DNA from: Eubacteriales bacterium | GTDB taxonomy: Bacteria; Bacillota; Clostridia; Oscillospirales; SIG627 | Assembly: GCA_045597125.1 (NCBI GenBank) | Contig: JAZODR010000052.1 | Span: 34,947 to 98,946, forward strand | DNA length: 64,000 nucleotides | Direction of reading: 5' to 3' | Translations under genes and position numbers: made by a program | Shown here: positions 1 through 9,516 of the stretch, piece after piece | How the letters are laid out: each line of letters starts with the position of its first letter | Numbering within the stretch: the stretch's first letter is position 1 | Notes under the pieces: model-generated | Databases searched by the model: none | Told to the model about the DNA's origin: nothing | The model's input: only the letters and a program-made list of their open reading frames with translations

Positions 1-42
1 ATGTCGGTTTAACCGACAAAACCACTTGGAAAGGAAACGAAA

Positions 43-228
43 ATGGTAAACCTTACGACAAAAGAACTTTCCACAATTGAGGATAGTTTAAAGTGCGAAG
101 AAAACTTGATTTGCAAGTGCAAAATGTATGCTGCTCAAACGCAGGATGCCGAACTAAAAAACAAATTTGAAGAAGTTGCACAGAAGCATATACAGCATTA
201 TCACAAGCTGTGTTCCCTTTTGAGCTGA
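43..228 (+). CDS. small helical protein, probable partner of the adjacent Coat F-like protein
   Basis: 61 aa ORF ending 11 nt before a Coat F-like ORF; helical and K/E/Q-rich, ending in an H-x-x-H motif; RBS-like ggaaaggaaa upstream. Confidence 0.4.
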   Translation: MVNLTTKELSTIEDSLKCEENLICKCKMYAAQTQDAELKNKFEEVAQKHIQHYHKLCSLLS

Positions 229-239
229 AGGAGGCCTAA

Positions 240-503
240 ATGAACCCCAATTGTTTTGATGATCGCGCAATGATCAACGATGCCCTTTCCTCACAAAAGT
301 TTATCAGTGATGGCTATAACACCGGTGCAAACGAAGCCGCTGCACCAACCGTGAAAAGCACTTTGATGTCACTTCTTGAAGACGAACACACCATCCAGCA
401 TGATTTGTTCGTTCAAATGCAAAAGCGCGGCTGGTATCAAACAGAAGCAGCACCCCAACAGAAAATTGACGAGACAAAGTCAAAATTCTCTACCTGCTGC
501 TAA
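240..503 (+). CDS. Coat F domain (spore coat protein F-like) protein
   Basis: 87 aa; the DRAMINDALSSQKFISDGYNTGANEAA...LEDEH pattern matches my recollection of the CotF domain; AGGAGG RBS at 228-235. Confidence 0.55.
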   Translation: MNPNCFDDRAMINDALSSQKFISDGYNTGANEAAAPTVKSTLMSLLEDEHTIQHDLFVQMQKRGWYQTEAAPQQKIDETKSKFSTCC

Positions 504-504
504 T

Positions 505-540
505 AAAAAATGGCACGATAATTATCGTGCCATTTTTTTA
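505..540. terminator. bidirectional intrinsic terminator
   Basis: Hairpin atggcacgat-aatt-atcgtgccat flanked by an A-run and a T-run, between convergent genes. Confidence 0.8.
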
Positions 541-1278
541 ATAAAAGCGAATATGCGGATTCATTTCTTCAGGGGTTTTCCAATCAATACCGAAATCTTC
601 TTTCAATACCTCTTTTTTTGTATGCCAATACAAAACACAGTAAGGAATCCCCTCTAAATTCTTTTGTGAAAGAATCTTATCTGTTTTTTCTTCTACATCA
701 AAGCGAATTTTCAAATACACCTCTGATGATTCAATGGGGTCAGTTAATATTTGTCCTTCAACCTCAGCAACCGAAGCATTTTTAATTTCATCAAGCCTTT
801 TTATGCCAAATTTTTCTTGAGCAAAAGAAAGGTCAGTTAGAAGCTCTTTGCCAAAACGGGCTTGATAAAAAAATGCAGAAGACAAAGCTGCATTTGCTTT
901 TTCCAAAGATTGGAAGTATCGAGCAGCTTCGGAATAACAGATAACCGCCTCGGGAAAATATGTACCGTATGCGTAGGCGTCGCCAAACGAATTATAAATT
1001 TCCGCCAAGGTCTGGCTATCCGCCATAAAATCTCTCAAAAAGCGCAGCGCACCACGGGATGCTTCCAGGATTGGAAAAGCTTTCCAAGGCTTTTTCATTG
1101 CACTGCAAATTTGTGCGTATAAAATGACTCCTCCAACATAATCCGTTGCCGTATTTACGGTAAGTTTCTCCATAAATTCTGACTTATAATGATCAATGAG
1201 CGTTTCACAGCAATAAAATGCAGCAAGATACTCTTCCCTGCCTAAAAGATCAATTGCTTCTTCAACGAGATTTTTCAA
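538..1278 (-). CDS. hypothetical protein (helical-repeat/TPR-like N-terminal half)
   Basis: 246 aa ORF whose start overlaps the upstream SDR stop by 4 nt; I recognise no family motif. Confidence 0.5.
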   Translation of the reverse strand: MKNLVEEAIDLLGREEYLAAFYCCETLIDHYKSEFMEKLTVNTATDYVGGVILYAQICSAMKKPWKAFPILEASRGALRFLRDFMADSQTLAEIYNSFGDAYAYGTYFPEAVICYSEAARYFQSLEKANAALSSAFFYQARFGKELLTDLSFAQEKFGIKRLDEIKNASVAEVEGQILTDPIESSEVYLKIRFDVEEKTDKILSQKNLEGIPYCVLYWHTKKEVLKEDFGIDWKTPEEMNPHIRFY

Positions 1279-1991
1279 CAGTACATCCCTCCGTTCATAC
1301 CGATGATCTGACCGGTCAATGATGTTGATGAATGTTCTGAAAGATACAAAGCAAGTTTTGCAATTTCATCAGGAGAAGTAAAACAACCGGCAGGTATATC
1401 CTGAGCAATTGCCGCTTTTTCTTCATCGGAAAAAGAAGCCATCATAGCAGTATCCACAACTCCGGGTGAAATGCAGTTCACAACAATATTGCTGGGCGCA
1501 AGTTCTTTCGCGAGAGCTTTTGTAAAAGAAATCATAGCACCTTTTGCAGAAGAATATAAAACCTCGCAAGAAGCGCCGGCTTCCCCCCAAACCGAGGCTA
1601 TATTTATAATCACACCTGATTGCTTCGCAATCATATGGGAAAGCAGTCGTTGCGTTAAGAAAAAGGGACTCTGAAAATTGATTGCAAACAGACGCTGAAA
1701 TTCTTCTTGCGTAACATCTTGAATTAAACCATAGTGGGCAATACCCGCATTGTTTATCAAGATATCAACAGGCCCTGCTTCAGAAACAATGCGATCAGCA
1801 AAATCGGAAACCTGAAGCGGATCCTCGAAATTGACACAATACTTGGAGGCACCCGTATGCTCGGCAAGAAAAGTAGATTCGGATGAAATATTATATGTAA
1901 ATGAAACACGATAACCGGCAGCGGAAAAAGCCAAAACAAGAGCTTTCCCAATACCCCCCGTTCCGCCGGTAATCAATACATGTTTAGGCAT
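1275..1991 (-). CDS. SDR family oxidoreductase (FabG-like)
   Basis: TGGTGGIGKA Rossmann motif, NNAG, and YSSAKGA (YxxxK). Start moved to the ATG at 1991 (GGAGA RBS, 8 nt overlap with the upstream stop). Confidence 0.8.
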   Translation of the reverse strand: MPKHVLITGGTGGIGKALVLAFSAAGYRVSFTYNISSESTFLAEHTGASKYCVNFEDPLQVSDFADRIVSEAGPVDILINNAGIAHYGLIQDVTQEEFQRLFAINFQSPFFLTQRLLSHMIAKQSGVIINIASVWGEAGASCEVLYSSAKGAMISFTKALAKELAPSNIVVNCISPGVVDTAMMASFSDEEKAAIAQDIPAGCFTSPDEIAKLALYLSEHSSTSLTGQIIGMNGGMYC

Positions 1992-2550
1992 TCTCATTCT
2001 CCGGCGAAAGAACATTCTTCAACTTTTCGCAATGAGAAGAAAGAGATTCCAGCAGTTCTAAAAGTTCTGCGACAGATTGAGAGGAATTAAGTTCATTGGA
2101 AATGGCAACCTTTTCGGGGACTTCGCTTGCCACAACATTTTCCGGCTGATTAAAAATGCTGGAAAGAACACCGGAAAGCTGATCGAATTTTTCAGCCTTT
2201 TCCCGCAATTTTTCCGCATTTTCCACACGAATTTTCATCTCTGCAAATTTTAAACTTGTCTCTTTTTCCTCATCTAAAATGATATTTGCACAATTCAATA
2301 TTTTCATTTTGTCATCCAAAATCTCACTTACAAATGCAGATATGGATTTTAAAAGTTCTTGAGACTCATTGGCGGCATTTCTGAGAGTAACGAGCTCGGC
2401 ACTGTCCCGCTCAAATTCGGTAGCCTGCTTTTCAATTATTTCATTAAGCTCTGCAACCTTTGTTTCATATTGTTTATTCTGTTTTGTAATAAAATTAAAC
2501 ACATCTTCTTTGCTAAATCCAAACATTGCGCTTCTGAAAATCGGTTTCAT
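1984..2550 (-). CDS. coiled-coil protein with DivIVA-like N-terminal motif
   Basis: 188 aa. The N-terminal FGFSKEDVFNFI resembles the DivIVA-domain F-x-x-GY-x-x-x-EV-x-x-FL motif; the rest is heptad-rich. Confidence 0.4.
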   Translation of the reverse strand: MKPIFRSAMFGFSKEDVFNFITKQNKQYETKVAELNEIIEKQATEFERDSAELVTLRNAANESQELLKSISAFVSEILDDKMKILNCANIILDEEKETSLKFAEMKIRVENAEKLREKAEKFDQLSGVLSSIFNQPENVVASEVPEKVAISNELNSSQSVAELLELLESLSSHCEKLKNVLSPENENA

Positions 2551-2604
2551 ATCCTACTCCTAAAACAAGAATTTGACTTATTATACCATAAAAAATGAAA
2601 TTTG

Positions 2605-3015
2605 TTAATCCTTCGCATCCAAATAACCTTGTAAAATCAACTGTGCTGAGAGTGCATCCACACAGTTTATATGACTGCGATTATCAAGACCTGTTTCAAA
2701 AAGAAGGGTATGCGCTTGTACTGTTGTATAGCGCTCATCCTCCGTCACAACAGGAACATCTACCATTTCCCGTAAAAAGGAAAGAAAAAACTCGGTTTTT
2801 TCACAACGTTCCCCACGAAAGCCTCCTGCTCGTTCAGGCATACCAACAACAATCTTTTCTGCTCCGCGTTCCTTCGCCAATGCCGCCGCCTTAATTGCCG
2901 CATCCTTGGCACCCTTAACTTGAACGGTGGCAACACTGACAGCCATCGTTTCGTCGCGATCACAAATCGCGGTTCCCATTCGTTTATCCCCAAAATCAAT
3001 TCCGAGAATTACCAT
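2605..3015 (-). CDS. ruvX: Holliday junction resolvase RuvX (YqgF)
   Basis: MVILGIDFGDKRMGTA N-terminus and a size of about 136 aa are typical of YqgF/RuvX. Confidence 0.85.
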   Translation of the reverse strand: MVILGIDFGDKRMGTAICDRDETMAVSVATVQVKGAKDAAIKAAALAKERGAEKIVVGMPERAGGFRGERCEKTEFFLSFLREMVDVPVVTEDERYTTVQAHTLLFETGLDNRSHINCVDALSAQLILQGYLDAKD

Positions 3016-3146
3016 AAACACCTCAATTTTTTTACTATTTTAACACAATTCATTTTCAAATGCAATAAAAGAAATGTGATTTTAGGGATTGAATTTCTGA
3101 AAAAAATGGTTTATAATGAATCTATCAATTTTGAAAGAGGTAAATT

Positions 3147-3491
3147 ATGTTCACACCCTATCTTATAGCAGAAGCAACAAACGGTACCGGAAGTGGTGCT
3201 GCAGGAGGCGGCATCTCCACCATTATTATGCTGGTAGCCTTCATTGCCATCTTCTACTTTATGATCTATCGCCCTCAGAAGAAACAAGAAAAAGAAACCA
3301 CTAAAATGAGAGACAACCTTCAGATCGGCGACGAGATTTCTACCAATGGCGGCATTCTGGGAAGAGTCGTAAAAATTAAGGATGATATTGTTACCATTGA
3401 AACCGGTTCTGACAAAAACAAACTGAAGATTTTCAAATGGGCAGTCAGAGCAGTTGAGATCCCGGCAAATTCCGAAGAAGAAGATTCTTAA
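3147..3491 (+). CDS. yajC: preprotein translocase subunit YajC
   Basis: One TM helix followed by YRPQKKQEKE...MRDNLQIGDEI.T.GGI.G.V, the YajC signature. Confidence 0.85.
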   Translation: MFTPYLIAEATNGTGSGAAGGGISTIIMLVAFIAIFYFMIYRPQKKQEKETTKMRDNLQIGDEISTNGGILGRVVKIKDDIVTIETGSDKNKLKIFKWAVRAVEIPANSEEEDS

Positions 3492-3552
3492 TTATAATTT
3501 CATCAGTTTCCGCTATATTTTTCGTTTTTTTGAAAAAATAATAAAAAAACAC

Positions 3553-3581
3553 TTGATTTTTCTAAAACTCTGTGTTAGAAT
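3553..3581 (+). promoter_or_regulatory. sigma-A-like promoter for tRNA-Ser
   Basis: TTGATT, 17 nt spacer, TAGAAT with a TGn extended -10; about 28 nt upstream of the tRNA. Confidence 0.6.
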
Positions 3582-3608
3582 ATCACACGATCTGCGGAAG
3601 CTGAACTT

Positions 3609-3700
3609 GGAAAGATGGCTGAGCTGGTCTAAGGCGCACGACTGGAAATCGTGTAGTGGCTAATACCCACTCCAGGGTTCGAATCCCTGTCTTTCCGCCA
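3609..3700 (+). tRNA. tRNA-Ser (anticodon GGA), encoded CCA
   Basis: The acceptor GGAAAGA pairs with TCTTTCC. Also present: a CT-GGA-AA anticodon loop, a long variable arm, a GGTTCGAATCC T-arm and a 3' CCA. Confidence 0.9.
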
Positions 3701-3703
3701 AAA

Positions 3704-3732
3704 CTCCGATGCAAACGTATCGGAGTTTTTTT
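3704..3732 (+). terminator. intrinsic terminator after tRNA-Ser
   Basis: Hairpin ctccgat-gcaaacgt-atcggag followed by a T-run. Confidence 0.8.
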
Positions 3733-3751
3733 ATATATTTTTTCTGAGGAC

Positions 3752-3780
3752 TTGAAATTTTGATCAAACAGTATTATAAT
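3752..3780 (+). promoter_or_regulatory. sigma-A-like promoter
   Basis: TTGAAA, 17 nt spacer, TATAAT; upstream of the aminotransferase gene. Confidence 0.6.
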
Positions 3781-3817
3781 AATAAAGTTAATCGCAAGAA
3801 AGAAAGTGAGTACTTAG

Positions 3818-5098
3818 ATGAATTATTATTCTTCCACAAAAGAAAAGCTGCAAAACGAATACAATAATCTCCTCGCACAATGGAATGAAATCAAGATGAA
3901 AAATTTGAATCTTGATATGTCGCGCGGAAAACCTGAAATCGGTCAGTTAAATCTTGCTCTTGATATTATGACAATCTTGAAGACACCGGAAGACTGTAAA
4001 AATGAGTCCGGTTTTGATGTTAGAAATTACGGTCTTCCCACGGGCATTCCTGAATTGAAAAAAATCTTTGCAAAGATTTTGGGAGTGAAGGCTACGGAAA
4101 TCTTTACTGGTGGTAATTCCTCTCTGAATATGATGTATAACATTATCGTTGACGCTATGGCAATCGGTTTTCCCGAATCAGAAAAACCTTGGGGAAAATA
4201 TGAAAAAATTCGCTTTCTCTGCCCTGCGCCCGGTTATGACCGTCATTTTTCAATTTGTGAGCATCTCGGAATTGAAATGATTACAATTCCAATGCTTTCT
4301 ACCGGGCCCGATATGGATATGATTGAAAAGCTTGTTGCTGAGGACGAAACCATCAAAGGAGTCTGGTGTGTTCCCAAATACTCCAACCCCACAGGAATTA
4401 CCTTCAGCGACGACACTGTACGCAGATTTGCTGCTCTTAAGCCCAAAGCAAAGGACTTTAAAATATTCTGGGATAACGCATACCTCATCCACGACTTATA
4501 TGATGAGCATGATGAGCTTCTGAACATTCATACTGAGGCTTTAAAATCTGGCAACGAAGATATGATTTTCCAGTTCTTATCTACATCAAAGGTAACCCTT
4601 GCCGGTGGCGGTGTTTGCTTTATCGCGTCTTCCGAAAAGAATATATCCTGGCTTTCATCCATGTTGGCTCTTGAGGGACTTGGTTATGACAAAGTAAATC
4701 AGCTTCGTCACGTTAGATTCTTTAAGGATGAAAACGGTGTTTACGAAATTATGAAAAAACATGCCACGATTCTAAGACCAAAATTTGAAGCTGTATTAAA
4801 AACCTTTGCCGAGGAATTCGGCGATACCGGTTTCGCCTCATGGCATTCCCCTCGCGGCGGCTACTTTATCAGTTTGGATGTAATGCCGGGATGCGCGAAG
4901 AGAACCTGGGAACTTGCATCACAGATCGGTGTTACCTTGACCGGTGCCGGTGCAACTTTCCCCTATAAAAAAGATCCCGAAGACAAAAACCTTCGCATCG
5001 CCCCCAGCAATGTTGAGCTCAATAACATTGTTGCCATCTCAAAATATGTTACAATTTGCGCAAAACTAGCGGCATTAGAAAAGCTACTGATGCTTTAA
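3818..5098 (+). CDS. PLP-dependent aminotransferase (likely aspartate aminotransferase of the Corynebacterium AspB-like class)
   Basis: 426 aa. LDMSRGKP, VRNYG, PGYDRHF, KYSNPTG and WDNAY blocks match my recollection of that aminotransferase family. Confidence 0.7.
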   Translation: MNYYSSTKEKLQNEYNNLLAQWNEIKMKNLNLDMSRGKPEIGQLNLALDIMTILKTPEDCKNESGFDVRNYGLPTGIPELKKIFAKILGVKATEIFTGGNSSLNMMYNIIVDAMAIGFPESEKPWGKYEKIRFLCPAPGYDRHFSICEHLGIEMITIPMLSTGPDMDMIEKLVAEDETIKGVWCVPKYSNPTGITFSDDTVRRFAALKPKAKDFKIFWDNAYLIHDLYDEHDELLNIHTEALKSGNEDMIFQFLSTSKVTLAGGGVCFIASSEKNISWLSSMLALEGLGYDKVNQLRHVRFFKDENGVYEIMKKHATILRPKFEAVLKTFAEEFGDTGFASWHSPRGGYFISLDVMPGCAKRTWELASQIGVTLTGAGATFPYKKDPEDKNLRIAPSNVELNNIVAISKYVTICAKLAALEKLLML

Positions 5099-5165
5099 CC
5101 TTGACGAATTTTTGTTTTTCTTCTATAATATTTCCAATATCGTTAAATTTAGAAAGGTATATAAA

Positions 5166-6428
5166 ATGAAAAAGACTTTAAAATATGTTTTTATTGTATT
5201 GCTATTTGTGTCAATCCTTGCAATACCTGTTTTTGGATTTCGTTTTTACGATTTTGGCTACAACAAAGATAGCAAAGAGTGGACAACAGATTGGATTACA
5301 TTGGTCCCCTCTGTTTTTGATGAAAATTCCATCCTCACCAATATGCAATTCGGTGGAGGCAGCTCCGTTTATCTTTCCTATGATTCCGATGATGAGAAAA
5401 TAAATTCTGAAGAGAACCTTAAAAATGGCGCAAAAATTTTAAAGTCCCGTTTTAGAGACCGCGGTTTTACCGATGCTAAGGCAACCGTAGAAGACGGAAT
5501 GATTCGAGTTGATTTTGCGCAGAAGAATTACCTCAATAGTTTGATACAGTCTTTTGGTTCTATCGGTGAATGGTCCTTTGTTGGAACGGATATGGCCAAA
5601 GTTCTTTGCGATCAATCCTACGTAAAAAGCGCCAGTGTTACCGCGCATCCTCAAGGTGGCTACGCGGTAACCATTGAGTTTACAGAAAAAGGTGCCGAAG
5701 ATTTCTATGCAAATACTGCAAGCTATGCTATTTCAGGCTCTTATTTTTATTTGATGCTGGATGGTCAAATGGCTGCTTATGCAAACGTTAGTGATAGCAG
5801 CGTGAAAGAAACATTCACATTTGGTCAGTATGATTATGAAAATGCTGCAGCACTTGCCTCCTTTATCAAAAGTGGCTCTCTCCCCGCCGCTGTAAAGCTT
5901 GTAAAAACCACAGAACTGGAGCCAACTCTGGGCAGACCACTTCTTACGGCGATTGCAGTTATAATCACAGCAATTCTTTTTGTCTGCATCATAGCATTTT
6001 TCCTCGTTGGAAAGAAGGCCGGTACTTTTGCCACCATTGCTCTAATTTCTGATGTTGCGATTCTTTTAATCGCAATGCTCACCTCCTCCTATCAATTGAA
6101 TTTTGTCACCTTGATTACAATGCTCGTTTTCCTGGTTCTTGCCGCTGCAATCTATATTATGGCTCTAAAACCGATTGGCGCAAATCTGAAGGACAAGGGG
6201 GCAATTACAGCTCCCGCTATCTCTGTTCTTAATAAATTTAGTTTCCGCTTACTTGCCATCCACGGAGCCCTGCTATTTGCATCGTTGATTTGCTTCTTGT
6301 TTGCTCAAGGAAACTTTACGTACGTTGTCAGAATTACAATGCTCTTCTCTGCTGCCAATGCAGCGGTATATTTCCTCCTCTTTTATTTTGGAATCCGAAC
6401 TTTGGCAGACCGCAACAATTATTCATAA
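5166..6428 (+). CDS. SecD-like membrane protein
   Basis: N-terminal TM helix, a large extracytoplasmic domain, then GSLPAAVKLVKTTELEPTLG (compare the SecD G-LP-x-x-L-x-x-x-x-x-x-VGP-LG motif) followed by about 5 TM helices. Start set at MKKTLKY. Confidence 0.5.
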   Translation: MKKTLKYVFIVLLFVSILAIPVFGFRFYDFGYNKDSKEWTTDWITLVPSVFDENSILTNMQFGGGSSVYLSYDSDDEKINSEENLKNGAKILKSRFRDRGFTDAKATVEDGMIRVDFAQKNYLNSLIQSFGSIGEWSFVGTDMAKVLCDQSYVKSASVTAHPQGGYAVTIEFTEKGAEDFYANTASYAISGSYFYLMLDGQMAAYANVSDSSVKETFTFGQYDYENAAALASFIKSGSLPAAVKLVKTTELEPTLGRPLLTAIAVIITAILFVCIIAFFLVGKKAGTFATIALISDVAILLIAMLTSSYQLNFVTLITMLVFLVLAAAIYIMALKPIGANLKDKGAITAPAISVLNKFSFRLLAIHGALLFASLICFLFAQGNFTYVVRITMLFSAANAAVYFLLFYFGIRTLADRNNYS

Positions 6429-6430
6429 CA

Positions 6431-6458
6431 AAAAAGCCACTCAATTGAGTGGCTTTTT
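6431..6458. terminator. bidirectional intrinsic terminator
   Basis: aaaaagccactc-aatt-gagtggcttttt between convergent genes. Confidence 0.8.
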
Positions 6459-6970
6459 TATTTTCCGTGAATCAAGAAAATCTTTTTATTTTTTCTTTTT
6501 GCGTATCGAATCGTTTGAGCAGTACCGCTACGCTCTTCGTTTTCATTAAATACCGCAATCAAAGCATCTGTGGAATCCACCATGAAAAAATTTCGCTTTT
6601 GATAACATTTCTTCGTAAAATTTCTTGATACAAGAAAACGCTCAGAAGAAGCGTCCATAATTTTTCGATAACGTTTCTGATTCATTAAGGACATGGTAAA
6701 CGGCTGAGAAACAAAAGGAATAACAGCGCAAATTTGGAGAGGAGGGTCAAACTGATGCTGCAATTCTAAAACAATTTCTCCGCACCATAAATCGACTCCT
6801 TCCGCCATGCCACAATAAAAGGTGCGACATCCGGCATTGCAAACCTGAATAATTGTATTTTTGATTTTAATACGAAGCTCTTCAAATTCTTTGGACGATT
6901 CATTACCCCCAAATGAAAAAGAACGCGGACGATGTCCCGTGAAAGCACAAGACTGAATATTTCTAACCAT
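6458..6970 (-). CDS. SLOG/DUF1273 family protein (YpsA-like)
   Basis: CAFTGHRP...FYCGMAEGVDLW motifs. Start moved to MVRN (RBS gtgagg). Confidence 0.7.
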   Translation of the reverse strand: MVRNIQSCAFTGHRPRSFSFGGNESSKEFEELRIKIKNTIIQVCNAGCRTFYCGMAEGVDLWCGEIVLELQHQFDPPLQICAVIPFVSQPFTMSLMNQKRYRKIMDASSERFLVSRNFTKKCYQKRNFFMVDSTDALIAVFNENEERSGTAQTIRYAKRKNKKIFLIHGK

Positions 6971-7087
6971 AATAACCTCACTTTTTTTAGTATAACATCT
7001 GACTGGTTGATTTGCAAGTGGATTTTCCGCCAAGGGTTTACATTCTTCCAATTATATAGTAAAATAGTCTGGTAAAAGGAGATAATT

Positions 7088-9457
7088 ATGCCCGAAATCG
7101 ATTTAAAATTAAAACAGCAATTATTTGATAACTATTATTCTTTTCTCAATGATAAACAAAGAGAAGCCGTTTTGACCTACGGTGGTCCTTTGCTTGTCAT
7201 TGCAGGCGCAGGAAGTGGAAAAACCACCGTTCTGGTCAATCGTATTTCTCATTTGATTCATTACGGAAATGCATACAATTCCAATAAAAAAGTTGAAGTC
7301 AATCCCGAAGAACTTATTCTTCTTCAACAGCTTGGAAATGATAAAAAGCTATTTCCAAGAGGTGCATATCCACCAATTCTGAAAACTTTTGCCGATGACC
7401 CATGCCCTCCTGACAGAATTCTTGCAATCACCTTTACCAATAAGGCGGCAGGCGAAATTAAAGAACGCTTGGAGCGGGTAATCGGACCCGGCGCCCGTGA
7501 TATTTGGGCCGGAACCTTTCATTCCATCTGCGTACGCTTACTTCGCATGTTCGCAAACGAAACCTCATACGGGAAAGATTTCATCATTTACGATCAGGAC
7601 GATTGCAAAAAGATTATTACAAATATCATTAAGGAAATGGAAATTGATAGTGATGAACTCACGCCAAAATACGTGATGAACGTTATCTCAAAAGCGAAGA
7701 ATTCTTTGATTTCCGCTTCCGAATTTGAAAAGCAAAATCAAGCCAATGAAAAGCGCCAAATTTGTGCCAAAATTTTTCACGCTTATCAAGAACAGTTATC
7801 TGATGCAGATGCCATGGATTTTGACGACTTGATTATGCAAACAGTTATCCTTTTACGGGATAACGAAAAAGTTCTCTCCTATTGTCAAAACAAATTCCGT
7901 TTTGTTCTGGTTGACGAATATCAAGATACGAACCACGCACAATATATGATGATGAAATACATTGCCGACGGATATAGAAACGTAATGGTAGTTGGTGACG
8001 ACGATCAGAGCATCTACAAATTTCGCGGAGCGGCAGTTGAAAATATTTTGAATTTTGACAAGCAATATCCCGATGCTAAAATCGTACTTTTAGAGCAAAA
8101 CTACAGATCCACAAAAAGCATCATCACCGCCGCCAATTCTCTTATTGCAAAGAACAATTCCAGACGGGGAAAAACACTTTGGTCTGACAATGCAATCGGG
8201 AAGCAACCACGTGTAACACAGCTTGAAAACCAAGAAAAAGAAGCTCTTTTTCTCGTTGATGAAATCAATCGTCTTACCGTTGGAAATAATTACAAATACA
8301 AGGACATTGCCATCCTTTACCGCACCAAAGCACAGGCAAACATTTTAGAAACTGTCTTCACAAAAAGCGGACTTCCACACAGACTTCTTGCAGGGCTTCG
8401 TTTTTATGACCATGCAGAAGTAAAGGATATAATTGCTTATTTACGCTTTTTGCACAACAAAGCCGATTTTGTCAGTTTCAGCAGAATTATCAACATCCCC
8501 CGTCGCGGAATTGGACATGCAACGGTTGAAAAAATTAGGGATATTGCAAATAAAAACGGTCTTGATTTCTATGATGTAATTTCCCGCGCAAATGAATTTC
8601 CCGATTTGAAACGCAGCTATGCAAAACTTTCGGAATTCTATACTCTGATACATTCTTTAACCGAGTTTTCCAGCGAACATACGCCAAGCGAAATTGTTCA
8701 TGAAGTCATTGACCAAAGCGGATATATGCAGACCCTGATTGGTGATGAAAACGAAGAACGAAGAAAAAATGTTGATGAATTGATTTCTTCTGCAGCATTT
8801 TTTGAAGAAAAGCATCAAAACGACCAAGCCACGCTTTCCGGATTTTTGGAAGAAATTGCTCTTGTAAGCGATGTGGATAACTACGATAAAAGCGCAAATT
8901 CTGTAGTCATGATGACGATTCATGCAGCAAAGGGGCTGGAATTCCCTATTGTTTTTCTTGTAGGAATGGAAGAAAACCTATTCCCCTCCCCCCAATCCTG
9001 CAACACAGATGAAAACCTAGAGGAAGAGCGAAGACTTGCATACGTGGCTATGACAAGAGCAAAAGAACAACTATTTATTACTTGCTGTCATCATAGAATG
9101 CTCTATGGAAAGACAACATCTAACGATTTATCCAGATTTATAAGAGAAATCCCCGAAGAGCAAATTGAAATCAATCTTTTTCAGGCTTATCACAGAAGTC
9201 TTGAAGAGCAGTATGGCTATCAGCCTTCAACCGTTTACAGAGTTACAAATTTTGAGAATAGGCCCAAAAAGAGTGATTTCTCCCAAAAACAGCAAGTGTT
9301 TTTAGCCGGAGACCGTGTAATCCACGGAATTTTTGGTGTTGGAACGATCATCAGTGCAAAAAGCTACGCAGCAGATACGCTTTACGAAATTGAATTTGAA
9401 AAAGCGGGTAAAAAGAAGCTAATGGCAACATATGCAAAACTAAAACCAGCCAAGTAA
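7088..9457 (+). CDS. pcrA: ATP-dependent DNA helicase PcrA/UvrD
   Basis: 789 aa. AGAGSGKT Walker A, ITFTNKAA, VDEYQDTN, GDDDQSIYKFRGA, QNYRS, and a C-terminal Tudor-like GDRV.H..FG.G tail. Confidence 0.9.
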   Translation: MPEIDLKLKQQLFDNYYSFLNDKQREAVLTYGGPLLVIAGAGSGKTTVLVNRISHLIHYGNAYNSNKKVEVNPEELILLQQLGNDKKLFPRGAYPPILKTFADDPCPPDRILAITFTNKAAGEIKERLERVIGPGARDIWAGTFHSICVRLLRMFANETSYGKDFIIYDQDDCKKIITNIIKEMEIDSDELTPKYVMNVISKAKNSLISASEFEKQNQANEKRQICAKIFHAYQEQLSDADAMDFDDLIMQTVILLRDNEKVLSYCQNKFRFVLVDEYQDTNHAQYMMMKYIADGYRNVMVVGDDDQSIYKFRGAAVENILNFDKQYPDAKIVLLEQNYRSTKSIITAANSLIAKNNSRRGKTLWSDNAIGKQPRVTQLENQEKEALFLVDEINRLTVGNNYKYKDIAILYRTKAQANILETVFTKSGLPHRLLAGLRFYDHAEVKDIIAYLRFLHNKADFVSFSRIINIPRRGIGHATVEKIRDIANKNGLDFYDVISRANEFPDLKRSYAKLSEFYTLIHSLTEFSSEHTPSEIVHEVIDQSGYMQTLIGDENEERRKNVDELISSAAFFEEKHQNDQATLSGFLEEIALVSDVDNYDKSANSVVMMTIHAAKGLEFPIVFLVGMEENLFPSPQSCNTDENLEEERRLAYVAMTRAKEQLFITCCHHRMLYGKTTSNDLSRFIREIPEEQIEINLFQAYHRSLEEQYGYQPSTVYRVTNFENRPKKSDFSQKQQVFLAGDRVIHGIFGVGTIISAKSYAADTLYEIEFEKAGKKKLMATYAKLKPAK

Positions 9458-9516
9458 CAGAAAATGCCTTTTTTTCATAAAATACATAAAGTATTTTGGA
9501 AGAGAGGCATTTTTTT

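Noticed and set aside
3454-3663. 69 aa ORF spanning the tRNA-Ser promoter and gene
   Set aside because: It is explained by the tRNA gene and its promoter, so it is not coding.
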